From the NCBI GenBank assembly GCA_963794945.1, contig CAWCFT010000003.1, forward strand, positions 1 to 64,000: a stretch of DNA of 64,000 nucleotides, read 5' to 3'. Numbering within the stretch: position 1 is the stretch's first letter; each line of letters starts with the position of its first letter. Positions 11,301 to 22,255 of this stretch are shown here, piece after piece. The DNA comes from Endomicrobiales bacterium (GTDB lineage Bacteria; Elusimicrobiota; Endomicrobiia; Endomicrobiales; CAWCFT01). The notes beneath the pieces are model-generated. The model saw nothing but the letters and a program-made list of their open reading frames with translations. It did no database searches and was not told the origin of the DNA. A program made the translations under genes and the position numbers.

Positions 11301-12487
11301 AGGTGTTGAGTGAGCAGTTGCTATGGCTGGAGAGCGTACCCGAGTGCAAAGAAGCTGGAGAAGAAGTTTTGGAGTTATGGAGGAGAGGGCGGATCAAAGC
11401 AGGTATGAAAAAGTATAAGGAAGCGGCGGAGAATTACGGGAAGGTATTGGAGCTGATAGGAGAGAAGCAGGAAGAAGGGATGGAATGGGTAAAAGAGACA
11501 GCGTATAGAGGGATAACGGAGGCATATATAGATGGAGGGGAAACAGATAAAGCGGAAGAGCTAGCGATAGAGTTGTTAGGGAAGGGAGAGGAAAAGGCAG
11601 AAGACCTGATAAAAAGTATAAATGACGGATATAAGAAGGGTAAAGAATTAAGAAAGATATATAAATTTGGGATGAGGATATATAAGAAACTTCCAGAAGG
11701 AGCGGAACAGCTAAGGCAGGAAGTGAGAGATACGGGATTAAAGTTGATAACGGAGCATGTAGAGAAAGAGGAATGGGAGAAAGCGCAGGAGATAAGTGAA
11801 GGATTAATAAATGAAGACCCAAAGAACGTGAATTGGTATATATGGGCAGGGAGAATCAAGGCAAGTCAGAAGAATTATAAGGAAGCAGAGAATTATTTTA
11901 CAAAAGGCATAGAGCTTATCGGAGAGCAAAACAATGGCGAGTTGGGATGGTTAAAAAAAATAGCATATGCCGGGTTAATAAATATATTTAATGAAATTGG
12001 CGAAATAGCAAAAGCAAAAAATATTACTGAAAAGCAACAGATAAATACTACATCTATTGAAGATATAGAAGGAGACATGCAAATAGCTGTGTTTGAAAGC
12101 AAATTATTAGTATGTCAGGGCGACCCTAAAACACTGGGCATGTTGACAGCTTTGTATTATTTAAAAAGGGAATATGACAAGGCAGAACGCAGTATTGAAA
12201 AAGCTTTAATGATCGCGCCGAACGATATTTGGCTGAACCGCTGGCAAGGGGATGTTCTTAGTGCAGTAAACAAGCCCGGAGCAGTTGAAGCATATCAGCG
12301 GGCGATTGATTTATCGGTAAATAAGCAAGATGCAAAGTTCGAAGTAGGGTCAGCATACTTTGGCCTTGCAAATTACTATTTCCGGCATGGCGATAAAGAA
12401 AAAGCGCGCAAAAACGCAATCAAGGCCCATGAACTTGATAATAATAATACGAACATCGTTGAGTTTTTAAAGTTATCGGAACAATGA
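5308..12487 (+). CDS. Giant TPR-radical SAM/SPASM-TPR repeat protein (~2390 aa; +1 frameshift at ~10470)
   Basis: N-terminal TPRs; CNLNCVMC radical SAM motif, GGEAFL and NTNG; SPASM-like CMAPWQNLFINTGGDIFPHC; then repeated TPR-like modules. Comparing repeat copies shows one extra G at ~10470 (GAATTAAGGAAAGAT vs GAATTAAGAAAGAT) joining ORFs 5308-10482 and 10490-12487. Confidence 0.88.
8301..11900 (+). repeat. Intragenic tandem array of 258-bp (A) and 462-bp (B) modules, order A' B A A A B B B A B
   Basis: A starts at 9021, 9279, 9537 (258-bp spacing) and 11182. The B marker GAGAAGCAGGAAGAAGGGATG occurs at 8581, 9817, 10279, 10742 and 11462. Confidence 0.93.
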
Positions 12488-12690
12488 CACGGATAGTATA
12501 AAACGAAAAATGTGTTTTGAAATATAATTGACATATCAAATCCGGCCTAAAATATCCACACAGTAGGAAAATACCAATTTTAACAAACACCGCCCAAGCC
12601 GACGTAATTAACTATTGAACCATGCAAGATCCAAATAAATTTATTCGAAAGTAATTTTTCAAATGTATTAATTGCAGATAAAGCAGAAAG

Positions 12691-12719
12691 TTGCGGGTTT
12701 GGGCGCTATTTGATATAAT
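12691..12719 (+). promoter_or_regulatory. Putative sigma70 promoter of pcrA
   Basis: TTGCGG, 17 bp, TATAAT, with TG extended -10. Confidence 0.6.
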
Positions 12720-12753
12720 CAATCGCAAATATTCGTCGTAATATAAGGCGGCA

Positions 12754-14934
12754 ATGGAAACATTTCTTGATAAACTAAACACTACACAAAAAGAAGCAGT
12801 GCTTCATGTGGACAGCCCACTCATAATTTTCGCAGGAGCAGGCACCGGCAAGACCCGCGTTATCACGCACCGTATAGCCTACCTTGTGTCAAAAGGCATT
12901 TCCCCTTTAAATATCCTAGCCGTGACTTTTACTAACAAGGCCGCCGAAGAAATGAGAAAGAGGGTTGACGCGCTGGTGCCCGGCAAGGGAAGGGCAGTCT
13001 GGATATCGACGTTCCATTCTTTCTGCGCCCAGCTCCTGAGGATAGAGGCAAAGAACATTGGCCTCAACCCGGAGTTCCTGATATACGATTCTTCAGACCA
13101 GAAAAGCGTGCTCAAATCTTGTGTTAAAGAGTTGAACCTTGACGAAAAGAAGTTCAAACCTGGAAGGCTCATAGAGCTTATAAGCCGCGCGAAAGACGAC
13201 CTCCTGGATGCCGATTCTTATGCCATCCATTCGCAGGCCGCAAACGATTATTTAAGGGAAACGGCCGCATCGATCTACACGCTCTACCAGAAAAAACTCA
13301 ATGAGGCAGGCGCCCTGGATTTCGGCGACCTGCTTATGAAAACGGTCAACGCCCTCAAAGAACACGATGCCGTGCGGGAAAAATACCAGGAGCGGTTCCG
13401 CTATATCCTTGTTGACGAGTACCAGGACACTAACCATGCCCAGTACATACTGACGAAGTGCCTCTCCGCCAAGCATAAGAACATCTGCGTCGTTGGCGAC
13501 GACGACCAGTCGATATATTCCTGGCGCGGCGCGGACATAAGGAACATTTTAGAGTTTGAGCGAGATTATCCGGGCTGCCGTACTGTGAAACTCGAAAAAA
13601 ATTACCGCTCGACCACGAACATACTTTCAGCCGCATGGCAGGTCATAAAGAACAACAAGACCCGCGTTGAAAAAAAGCTCTGGACAGAAAACCCCGAGGG
13701 CCAGGCCATACAGGTTTTCGAGAGCACGAACGAGACAGAGGAAGCCGAGAAGATAACAGACGAGGTTCAGTGTCTTGTGAAATCAAAAGGCCTCAAGCTG
13801 AACGATTTCGCCGTGTTCTATAGGACGAACGCCCAGTCGCGCGTTATGGAAGACGCGTTCCGCCGCGCGGGCATACCCTACGCGGTTGTGGGAACCGTAA
13901 GATTTTATGAGCGCGCCGAAGTAAAAGACATCATGGCCTACCTGCGCCTCGTCCATAATCCGAACGACAACGTCAGCTTCAAAAGAGTCATAAATGTTCC
14001 ACGCCGCGGTATAGGCAAGACAAGCTTAGAGACTCTTGAGAGCAAAGCGTCGGATGCCAATCTCTCACTATGGGGCGCGTCGGCTGATTGCAGCTACCTC
14101 CCTCCATCGGCACGCCGGGCGTTGCAGCAATTCAGGCTGTTGATTGACGAGATAAGGAGTGAGAAAGAACATCTCACCGTCAAGCAGATCGCAACGATGG
14201 TTATCGATAAAACCGGCTACATGAGAGAGCTGGAGGCAGAAGACAGCCTTGAAGCCAAGAACAGAATTCAGAACATATACGAACTTATTTCCGCCATAGA
14301 CGAATTCGAACAGAAATCGTTCGACAAGTCTCTTTCAGGTTATCTCACCCAGGTCTCGCTTGTTTCCGATATAGACGAATGGGCGGAGGAGGCTGACAGA
14401 GTCACAATGATGACACTACATCTAGCCAAAGGTCTCGAGTTCAACACGGTATTTGTTGCGGGACTTGAAGAAGGGCTTTTCCCCATAGGAGAGGCATCTT
14501 TCGATGAGGCCGAACTCGAAGAAGAAAGGCGGCTGATGTATGTTGGAATGACGCGCGCTAAGGAGAATTTATACTTAAGCTGGGCCGCGGAACGTAAGAT
14601 ATACGGAAAGAGCCGGTGGAACCTGCAGTCGAGGTTCATACAGGAAGCAGGTTTTGGCACCAGCGTGAAGCTCGAGGTTTCTGCGGTGTCCGAAAAACGG
14701 TATGAAAGCCGCAACAGATATGACGATGATGGTGGTTACGAAAGAGGCCGCGTAACGGAAGACAAAAGCACCGGTGCGTACGCGCTTGGCACCCGGGTTC
14801 GGCACCAGCAGTTCGGAGAGGGTAAGGTAATCGACCGCTCAGGCGCGGGCGATGACCTGAAACTTGTGGTACTCTTTGATACTGGCCAGTGGAAAAAGCT
14901 GGTGGTCAAATACGCGAACCTTGAAGTGCTTTAA
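12754..14934 (+). CDS. pcrA: ATP-dependent DNA helicase PcrA/UvrD
   Basis: AGAGTGKT, VTFTNKAA, VDEYQDTN, VGDDDQSIY, TLHLAKGLEF, EEERRLMYVGMTRA; C-terminal Tudor-like RVRHQQFGEG. Confidence 0.97.
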   Translation: METFLDKLNTTQKEAVLHVDSPLIIFAGAGTGKTRVITHRIAYLVSKGISPLNILAVTFTNKAAEEMRKRVDALVPGKGRAVWISTFHSFCAQLLRIEAKNIGLNPEFLIYDSSDQKSVLKSCVKELNLDEKKFKPGRLIELISRAKDDLLDADSYAIHSQAANDYLRETAASIYTLYQKKLNEAGALDFGDLLMKTVNALKEHDAVREKYQERFRYILVDEYQDTNHAQYILTKCLSAKHKNICVVGDDDQSIYSWRGADIRNILEFERDYPGCRTVKLEKNYRSTTNILSAAWQVIKNNKTRVEKKLWTENPEGQAIQVFESTNETEEAEKITDEVQCLVKSKGLKLNDFAVFYRTNAQSRVMEDAFRRAGIPYAVVGTVRFYERAEVKDIMAYLRLVHNPNDNVSFKRVINVPRRGIGKTSLETLESKASDANLSLWGASADCSYLPPSARRALQQFRLLIDEIRSEKEHLTVKQIATMVIDKTGYMRELEAEDSLEAKNRIQNIYELISAIDEFEQKSFDKSLSGYLTQVSLVSDIDEWAEEADRVTMMTLHLAKGLEFNTVFVAGLEEGLFPIGEASFDEAELEEERRLMYVGMTRAKENLYLSWAAERKIYGKSRWNLQSRFIQEAGFGTSVKLEVSAVSEKRYESRNRYDDDGGYERGRVTEDKSTGAYALGTRVRHQQFGEGKVIDRSGAGDDLKLVVLFDTGQWKKLVVKYANLEVL

Positions 14935-15051
14935 TTATCAATTTTAAGCTGTAAGTTTAAGGATAATTGATAAATATTTTAAATAACTGGTAAAAAATAC
15001 AATTTTCTGATATAATATCGCATTGAGAATACATGATGTTTTGGTAATGGG

Positions 15052-15346
15052 ATGAAGATAACAGAAAAAGATGTTGAATATGTGGCACGCCTCGCGCGCC
15101 TGAGACTTTCCGATGAAGAGAAAGAGAAATTCACCGGGCAGCTCGAATCCATTCTTTCCTACATAGACAAACTGAACACTCTCGACACAAAAAATATACC
15201 TCCGACGAGCCACGCGATGGCGCTTAAGAACGTTCTGGCGTGAAGACAAGCTTGAGCCATGCTCTGAAATAACAAGGGAGGCAATTCTTGCAGATGCACC
15301 GGATCGCGAAGACGATTTTTTCAGGGTAAAGAAGGTCATCGAGTAA
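15052..15346 (+). CDS. gatC: Asp/Glu-tRNA amidotransferase subunit C (frameshift near 15237)
   Basis: [17 protein letters not shown]...IPPTSH...NV, then REDKLEP...[16 protein letters not shown] in the next frame; directly before gatA. Confidence 0.93.
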
Positions 15347-15348
15347 AA

Positions 15349-16812
15349 ATGAGCGACGATATATTCAGCCTTTCAGCAGTGGAACTCGCGGGCAGGATCA
15401 GGTCAAAACAGGTCTCGAGCGTAGATGCCGTAAAAGTTTTCCTCGGCAGGATAGAAAAAATTGAACCTAAGATAAAGGCGTTCGTAAAGCTGATGGGCAA
15501 CGAAGCCATAGAAAGCGCGAAGAAAATTGACGAAAAAATCGCGCGTGGCGAAAATGCGGGAAGCCTCGCAGGCGTGCCGATAGCCGTAAAAGACAACATG
15601 ATGGTGATGGGTGTACAGACTACGTGCTCGTCAAAGATATTAAAAGACTACATAGCGCCTTATGACGCGACAATTATAGAAAAGCTTAGAAGCGAAGGCG
15701 CGGTATTCCTGGGCAAGACGAATCTCGACGAGTTCGCGATGGGGTCGTCCACCGAAAATTCCGCGTTCGAAGTTACACGTAACCCATGGGACACTAGCCG
15801 CATACCGGGTGGTTCTTCCGGCGGAAGCGCGGCGAGCGTCGCGGCTCGCATGGCGCCACTGGCGTTGGGTTCAGATACGGGCGGCTCCATACGTCAGCCG
15901 GCATCCTGCTGCGGTGTTGTCGGGCTTAAACCCACTTACGGTCGGGTCAGCCGTTACGGGCTTGTGGCTTTCGCGTCGAGCCTAGACCAGATAGGACCTT
16001 TTGCCGGCAACGTTGAAGACGCGGCGGCACTATTGCAGGCGATGGCGGGACACGACCCGAAAGATTCGACATCAGCGGATATCGCGGTTCCGGACTATGT
16101 TTCTTCGATAAAAAAAGAAATCAGAGGGCTTAAGATCGGCCTTCCGGAAGAATATTTTTCGAAAGGGTTGGACAAAGGGGTAGAAAACGCTGTCAGAGAG
16201 GCCGTGAAAGTCTTAGAAAAACTAGGCTGCGTGATAAAAAAGATATCACTACCCCATACCGAATACGCGGTCGCGGTCTATTACATAATCGCGCCGTGCG
16301 AAGCTTCGGCCAACCTTGCGAGATATGATGGAGTTAGGTACGGATTTAGAGCGGAATGCTCGGACCTTCTTGAAGAGTACGAGAAAACACGCGGGGAAGG
16401 GTTCGGGCCGGAGGTAAAAAGAAGGATAATGCTGGGAACGTACGCGCTTTCGGCGGGCTATTACGATGCATACTACGGAAAAGCCCAGAGGGTGAGGACG
16501 TTGGTAAGCAGGGATTTTGAGCAGGCGTTCAAGGAAGTAGACGTTATAGCGGCGCCGACCGCGCCGACGAGCGCTTTTAAGATAGGCGAGAAAGCGCAGG
16601 ACCCGCTGCAAATGTATTTGTCGGACATTTACACGATCTCATCAAATCTCGCGGGCATACCCGCGTTGTCTGTGCCATGCGGATTCACGCCGGATAATCT
16701 ACCGGTAGGCCTGCAGCTGATGGGAAGACCCTTTGACGAAGAGACTGTACTAAGAGCCGGATACGCATATGAAAAAAATACCGAATGGAGTGAGGAACAT
16801 CCTAATGTATAG
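15349..16812 (+). CDS. gatA: Asp/Glu-tRNA amidotransferase subunit A
   Basis: Amidase signature [49 protein letters not shown]. Confidence 0.98.
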   Translation: MSDDIFSLSAVELAGRIRSKQVSSVDAVKVFLGRIEKIEPKIKAFVKLMGNEAIESAKKIDEKIARGENAGSLAGVPIAVKDNMMVMGVQTTCSSKILKDYIAPYDATIIEKLRSEGAVFLGKTNLDEFAMGSSTENSAFEVTRNPWDTSRIPGGSSGGSAASVAARMAPLALGSDTGGSIRQPASCCGVVGLKPTYGRVSRYGLVAFASSLDQIGPFAGNVEDAAALLQAMAGHDPKDSTSADIAVPDYVSSIKKEIRGLKIGLPEEYFSKGLDKGVENAVREAVKVLEKLGCVIKKISLPHTEYAVAVYYIIAPCEASANLARYDGVRYGFRAECSDLLEEYEKTRGEGFGPEVKRRIMLGTYALSAGYYDAYYGKAQRVRTLVSRDFEQAFKEVDVIAAPTAPTSAFKIGEKAQDPLQMYLSDIYTISSNLAGIPALSVPCGFTPDNLPVGLQLMGRPFDEETVLRAGYAYEKNTEWSEEHPNV

Positions 16813-17743
16813 GCAATCAATAATCATCGTGGTGCTTTTCCTGACCGCGCTGGCCGTAGTTTATCCCGTGCTCAATAAGAACGCGGGCGAAGGTGGTGGC
16901 GCGGGCGCAGCCGAGCAGGACGCAGCTCTGGACTATAGCAGGGCGGTCAGCTACCGCGAGCTCATGAGCGAGCTCGAGACTCGCGCTACAAAATTCCGCG
17001 GCGAGGCAGGGATACTTGTTAAGGACCTTAAAACCCACCAGACGCTCGGCATCAATTCCTCAAGGCTTTTCCCGAGCGCGAGCCTGGTTAAGGTGCCCAT
17101 AATGGCAGCGGTTTATCAGGCAGAAAAGGAAGGGCGCATAAAATTCAGCGATGAGCTTATAGTCGAACGAAAGGAAAAAATTAGGTCCAGCAGCAAGCTG
17201 TACCGGGCCAGGTCAGGCGCGAAGTTCACTGTGAGGGACGTTGTTGAACGCATGATAACTGAAAGCGATAACACGGCGTGCAACATGATAGTTGACGCGC
17301 TGGGTTTTGGGTATTTAAACCAGAAGTTCGTCGAGTTTGGACTTAAGAACACCGATTTGCGCCGCGGGGTAATGGACCTCAAGTGGCGGAAAGCCGGAAT
17401 AGAGAATTATACGACAGCTGAAGACATGGCGCTGCTGTTGGAGAAGATATATAACGGCGAGCTAGTGAGTAAAGAAGCCAGTGCGCAGATGCTTGCGACA
17501 CTGAAGAGGCAGAAGATAAACGACAGGCTGCCAAAAGGGCTTCCCGTAAATATGGTCATAGCCCACAAGACGGGCCTTCTCTGCGACACGGTAAGCGACG
17601 TGGGAATAATATTCACAGACGAAGGCGATTTCATAATCTGTGTCCTGACCGCGGACATACATAACTTCAGGGCCGCGAAAAGGTTTATACGTAAGATCGC
17701 GGGATGCACTTATGAAAAGTGCTACAGGAAAGTGTCTCTATAA
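16805..17743 (+). CDS. Class A beta-lactamase-related serine hydrolase (membrane-anchored or exported)
   Basis: N-terminal hydrophobic segment; FPSASLVK (SxxK), SDN and AHKTG motifs. Confidence 0.88.
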   Translation: MYRQSIIIVVLFLTALAVVYPVLNKNAGEGGGAGAAEQDAALDYSRAVSYRELMSELETRATKFRGEAGILVKDLKTHQTLGINSSRLFPSASLVKVPIMAAVYQAEKEGRIKFSDELIVERKEKIRSSSKLYRARSGAKFTVRDVVERMITESDNTACNMIVDALGFGYLNQKFVEFGLKNTDLRRGVMDLKWRKAGIENYTTAEDMALLLEKIYNGELVSKEASAQMLATLKRQKINDRLPKGLPVNMVIAHKTGLLCDTVSDVGIIFTDEGDFIICVLTADIHNFRAAKRFIRKIAGCTYEKCYRKVSL

Positions 17744-17744
17744 C

Positions 17745-19226
17745 ATGAATTTCGAAACGGTGATAGGGCTGGAAGTCCACGCGCAGCTTAAGACAATATC
17801 AAAAGTATTCTGCGGATGCTCTGCTGAATACGGCGCGCAGCCGAACAGGAACATTTGCCCCGTGTGCACGGGTCAACCCGGAGTGCTACCGGTCCTCAAT
17901 AAGAAAGCAGTCGATTTCCTGGTAAAAACCGGGCTCGCGCTTAATTGCGGCATCAACCAGCGTTCAATATTCGCGAGAAAACAGTACTTCTACCCGGACC
18001 TACCTAAAAACTACCAGATATCCCAATACGAACTGCCGCTTGCCGAAAAAGGCTACCTTGATATTGAAGTAAATGGTGAAAAGAAGCGCGTAGGCATAAC
18101 AAGGATTCACCTTGAAGAAGACGCAGGCAAACTACTGCACGCGATAGGGGCCCGCGAGCTCGACTACTCGCTTGTGGACCTAAACCGCACCGGAGTGCCG
18201 CTTATGGAAATAGTTTCAGAAGCGGATATGCGCTCGCCCGATGAAGCCTACGGATACTTGAGCACCTTAAAAAGCATACTCGAATACCTCGAGGTCTCGG
18301 ACTGCGACATGGAAGAGGGCAAGTTCCGCTGCGACGCTAACGTCAGTATACGGCCTTATGGGCAGAAAGAGTACGGCACGAAAGCCGAGATAAAGAACAT
18401 GAACTCGCTTTCCGGAGTAAGGGACGCGCTGGCCTATGAGGTGGAGAGGCAGATAGATATAGTTTCCGGCGGCGGAAATATAAAGCAGGAGACGCGGCTG
18501 TGGGACGCCGGCAAAAAAGAGAGCCGGCCCATGCGTTCGAAAGAAGAAGCCCACGACTACAGGTATTTCCCCGAACCGGATCTTGTGCCTATGGAGCTTG
18601 GCGAAGAATATATTTCAGACATAAGAAAAACGCTTCCTGAGCTTCCCGAAAAAAGGAAAGAGAGGTTTGTTGCAGAACTCGGGCTTTCGGAGTACGACGC
18701 TGGGGTGCTGACCGCCGAAAAAGCCCTTGCAGATTATTTTGAACAAGCATTGAAACATGCCTCGAATAAACTTCCCCAAAAAAAAGTTGTTAAAACGCTT
18801 ACTAATTGGATAACAAATGAATATATAGGAAAATTGTACTCAGGTCCTGATAAATATTCAAAATCTTTATCGAAATTGATTCAGCGATATCCAATTACAC
18901 CCGCAGACATGGCCGATCTTGTCATTATAATAGAGAATGGTACGATTTCAGGTAAAATTGGAAAAACTGTTCTAGATGAGATGTTTGCTTCAGCGAAATC
19001 TCCGGAAGAAATAGTTAAGGAAAAAGGCCTTCTCCAGATATCCGACGAAGGCGCGATAATTAAACTCTGTGAAGAAGCCATAAACGATAACCCCAAGGCG
19101 GTCGCCGAATATAAATCTGGCAAGGCCCAGGCGCTTGGCTCGCTCGTTGGCGCTGTTATGAAAAAGTCCCAGGGCAAAGCCAATCCCCAGATAGTCAACA
19201 AGATACTCAAAGAAAAACTTTCTTAA
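17745..19226 (+). CDS. gatB: Asp/Glu-tRNA amidotransferase subunit B
   Basis: [54 protein letters not shown]. Confidence 0.98.
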   Translation: MNFETVIGLEVHAQLKTISKVFCGCSAEYGAQPNRNICPVCTGQPGVLPVLNKKAVDFLVKTGLALNCGINQRSIFARKQYFYPDLPKNYQISQYELPLAEKGYLDIEVNGEKKRVGITRIHLEEDAGKLLHAIGARELDYSLVDLNRTGVPLMEIVSEADMRSPDEAYGYLSTLKSILEYLEVSDCDMEEGKFRCDANVSIRPYGQKEYGTKAEIKNMNSLSGVRDALAYEVERQIDIVSGGGNIKQETRLWDAGKKESRPMRSKEEAHDYRYFPEPDLVPMELGEEYISDIRKTLPELPEKRKERFVAELGLSEYDAGVLTAEKALADYFEQALKHASNKLPQKKVVKTLTNWITNEYIGKLYSGPDKYSKSLSKLIQRYPITPADMADLVIIIENGTISGKIGKTVLDEMFASAKSPEEIVKEKGLLQISDEGAIIKLCEEAINDNPKAVAEYKSGKAQALGSLVGAVMKKSQGKANPQIVNKILKEKLS

Positions 19227-19252
19227 CTGACAATATTTTACAGGGAGAAAAA

Positions 19253-20361
19253 ATGGGAACAGCCGCAGTCTGGGTGAAATTCGATCTGCTTGAAAAGTTC
19301 ATCGCGGATGTTTTTGAGGACCTCGGCGTTCCTGCAAACGACGCTAAAGTATGCGCCGAAGTTCTTATCGACGCTGATAAAAAGGGCATTGATTCCCACG
19401 GCATAGGCCAGGCTTAAAGACCATATATTACGACCGGATAAAAGCCGGCATCCAGTTCCCCGTAACTAAATTCGAGATAGTCAAAGAAGGCCCCACGACT
19501 GCCGTAATTGACGGCCACGACGGCATGGGCCAGGTGATAGCGATCAGGTCAATGGCCCTCGCCATAGACAAAGCCAAAAAGTTCGGCATGGGTATGGTCG
19601 CAGTTAGGAACTCCACGCATTATGGCATAGCCGGCTATTACGCCGGGATGGCCACAAAAGCAGGCATGATAGGCATTACCGGAACCAACGCCCGCCCTTC
19701 AGTTGCCCCTACATTCGGTATTGAGAATATGCTTGGAACGAACCCTCTTACCATAGGAATGCCTACAGATGAAGATTTTCCTTTTATGATAGATTGCGCC
19801 ACTTCTCTTACCCAGCGCGGCAAGATAGAGGTTTACGCTAGACAGGGAAAGCCACTGCCGGAAGGCTGGGTTATAGACGAGAACGGAAAAACCACAACTA
19901 ACTCCAAGGAAGTTTTGGACGACTTGATAAAAGGCACGGCAGCGCTTACACCGCTTGGCGGAATAGGGGACGAGACCGCCGGTTACAAAGGATACGGCTA
20001 TTGCACCGCAGTTGAAATACTTTCGGCGGCGCTCGCTCAGGGGGCATACCTGAAGATGTTGTTGGGGTTCAAAGACGGCAAAAAACAGCCGTACCATTTA
20101 GGCCACTTTTTCATAGCAGCCGACATATCGGCTTTTGTAGAATTAAAAGAGTTCAAAAAAACAGCCGGAGACATATTAAGATCTTTGCGGGCCTCAAAAA
20201 AAATGCCGGGCTGCAAAAAGATATATACAGCGGGCGAAAAGGAATATCTTATCTGGACACAAAGGAAAGATAAGGGCGCTCCTATAACCGAAGAAACACA
20301 AAAAGAAATAAAAACCATGGTGGCGGAACTCGGCCTTAAGAAATATAATTTTCCTTTTTAA
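19253..20361 (+). CDS. Ldh_2 family (malate/L-lactate/sulfolactate dehydrogenase-like) oxidoreductase (frameshift near 19410)
   Basis: ATG at 19253 gives ...ADKKGIDSHG, which continues after a shift into AVIDGHDGMGQ, RNSTHYG, GTNPL and GYKGYG. Confidence 0.88.
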
Positions 20362-20468
20362 CTTGGGCATAAATGAAAAAATCTATAATAATAAAACATC
20401 CAAAGAAGCGGGTATTTCTTGAGGCTTGCGATTCCGACCGGAAACTCGGATCGGGATACGCTTTGTCC

Positions 20469-20905
20469 ATGAAAGGATTCACTCTTATCGAATTGATGAT
20501 AACTGTTGCGATAATGGGTATACTGCTCTCAATAATGATCCCGAAGTTCACTGACCTTATAAGGCGCGGCAACGAAGGCGCCACAAAGGGTAATCTCGGA
20601 GCCATACGCAGCGCTATCAATATTTATTACGGGGAAGCAGAAGGGTGGTACCCAGCATCCGACCCAGGGCCGATCCTCACCATGGACGGCGGCAAGTATC
20701 TCAAGGAAGTACCGGACTGCTACTGCCCCCCTTATCACGCGAAAGTGTCAATGTTCGATATTTCGGGCACTACCGAAACGACCAACGCCGGCTGCTGGTC
20801 GTATCAGAGCAATATTACAGCGGCGGCCCAGCCAGCCCCTGGGGTAATGTCTGGATCAACTGCACACATACCGATTCAAAAAGTTTTACCTGGTCAAGTT
20901 ACTAA
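20469..20905 (+). CDS. Type IV pilin / pseudopilin-like protein, copy 1 (frameshift near 20830)
   Basis: Prepilin cleavage motif KG|FTLIELMI. The C-terminus PWGNVWINCTHTDSK lies in another frame and matches the paralog at 21784. Confidence 0.85.
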
Positions 20906-20920
20906 TGCCGGGCACATTTC

Positions 20921-21580
20921 ATGATGAAAATCTTCCTATTTTCAATCCCTAAAAACATTCTCAGATGTTTTACCGGTTACAACTGGCTTTGGCACATTAT
21001 AGCCATAGTGTTAACTTTTGTCCTTGTAAAAACGGATGCGGACTGGCACTATTTTATTTGCGCCAGATCTATGTCAATTCGATACTTGTTTTTCCCAGCA
21101 TTAGTTCTGGGAGGCCTGCTGCCTATCACTGTACCGCTCTATCTTGTTGTCAGCGGGCACATTATAAAAGTGAAAATAAGACAAACTCTGGGTTGGGCGC
21201 TCGGGCAGTCGGCGTGCATAGGCTCAATTATTTCTTCGGTTTACAAGGCTTTTACCGGGAGGGTGCAGCCGAATTTATACGACACCACTCACAATACAAG
21301 CCATGGTTTCAACTTTGGTTTTCTCAAGCACGGGATTTTCTGGGGATGGCCATCTTCTCACACAACAATAGCTTTTGCCATGGCGCTCACATTAATAAAG
21401 TTATTTCCAAAAAAAAGGATTACCGCGGTCCTGTGCCTATGCTACGCTCTGTATATCGGCTCTGGAGTGTCGTTTTCGATCCACTGGCTGTCAGAATATG
21501 TGGCGGGGGCAATAATAGGCTCTCTGATCGGGATGGTTGTTGCTAATAGTTATAAGAACGAAATCGGGTCAGGAAACTGA
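20921..21580 (+). CDS. PAP2-family membrane phosphatase
   Basis: KAFTGRVQP, WPSSHT and HWLSE motifs; several TM segments. Confidence 0.85.
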   Translation: MMKIFLFSIPKNILRCFTGYNWLWHIIAIVLTFVLVKTDADWHYFICARSMSIRYLFFPALVLGGLLPITVPLYLVVSGHIIKVKIRQTLGWALGQSACIGSIISSVYKAFTGRVQPNLYDTTHNTSHGFNFGFLKHGIFWGWPSSHTTIAFAMALTLIKLFPKKRITAVLCLCYALYIGSGVSFSIHWLSEYVAGAIIGSLIGMVVANSYKNEIGSGN

Positions 21581-21690
21581 AAAATATATCAACATTTAGC
21601 TTAAGCCAGAAAGCTTTAAAGAAAATGGCTAATAGATACCTCAGGCATTCATGGCATGTCGATAGCACTAGAAATATAATCCCCAGCAGT

Positions 21691-21748
21691 GGTAAATATG
21701 CAGCTGGTAAATATGCAGCTTGACAAACACTATTAGTTGTGTTAAACT
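21691..21748 (+). promoter_or_regulatory. Sigma70 promoter of pilin copy 2 with a 15-bp tandem direct repeat abutting the -35
   Basis: GGTAAATATGCAGCT x2 (21691-21720), TTGACA (21720-21725), 17 bp, TAAACT (21743-21748); RBS GGAGGTG follows. Confidence 0.7.
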
Positions 21749-21783
21749 TTATTGGGAGTTTTCCCAAAAGGGAGGTGAGAACA

Positions 21784-22236
21784 ATGAAGAAAACACACGG
21801 TTTTACGCTCATTGAGCTTATGATCGTAGTTGCAATCATCGGTATCCTTTCGGCAATCGCCATTCCCAAGTTCGCTGATCTTATCCGTAAATCCAACGAA
21901 GGCGCGACGAAGGGTAACCTTGGAGCCATCCGCAGTGCAATGTCCATTTATTATGGAGAAATTGAAGGATGGTATCCTGTAGCAGATCCGGGCCCGATCC
22001 TGACCATGGACGGCGGCAAATACCTTAAGTCGATACCGACTTGCAATTGCCCTCCGTACCATGCACAGTTCGCCTCGTTCGACATCACTGGCACCACGGA
22101 GACAGTAGCAGCCACAGCGGGCAGCTGGTCGTACCAGCCGCTCAACACAGCTGTAGCACCTGCGAGGCCATGGGGAGATGTGTGGGTAAACTGCACACAC
22201 ACCGACTCAAAGTCTTCAACATGGGGACTGTATTAA
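21784..22236 (+). CDS. Type IV pilin / pseudopilin-like protein, copy 2 (likely the major pilin)
   Basis: MKKTHG|FTLIELMIVVAIIGILSAIAIPKF; own promoter, strong RBS and terminator. Confidence 0.92.
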   Translation: MKKTHGFTLIELMIVVAIIGILSAIAIPKFADLIRKSNEGATKGNLGAIRSAMSIYYGEIEGWYPVADPGPILTMDGGKYLKSIPTCNCPPYHAQFASFDITGTTETVAATAGSWSYQPLNTAVAPARPWGDVWVNCTHTDSKSSTWGLY

Positions 22237-22255
22237 TCGCGTAATCAGTTAGTAT

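Noticed and set aside
8393..11859. Long minus-strand Leu/Pro/Ser-rich ORFs
   Set aside because: Shadow ORFs caused by the purine-rich repeat on the plus strand
8301..11900. Repeat array as a CRISPR array or diversity-generating retroelement
   Set aside because: Units are 258 and 462 bp, in frame and protein-coding, with no unique spacers, cas genes or reverse transcriptase in the window
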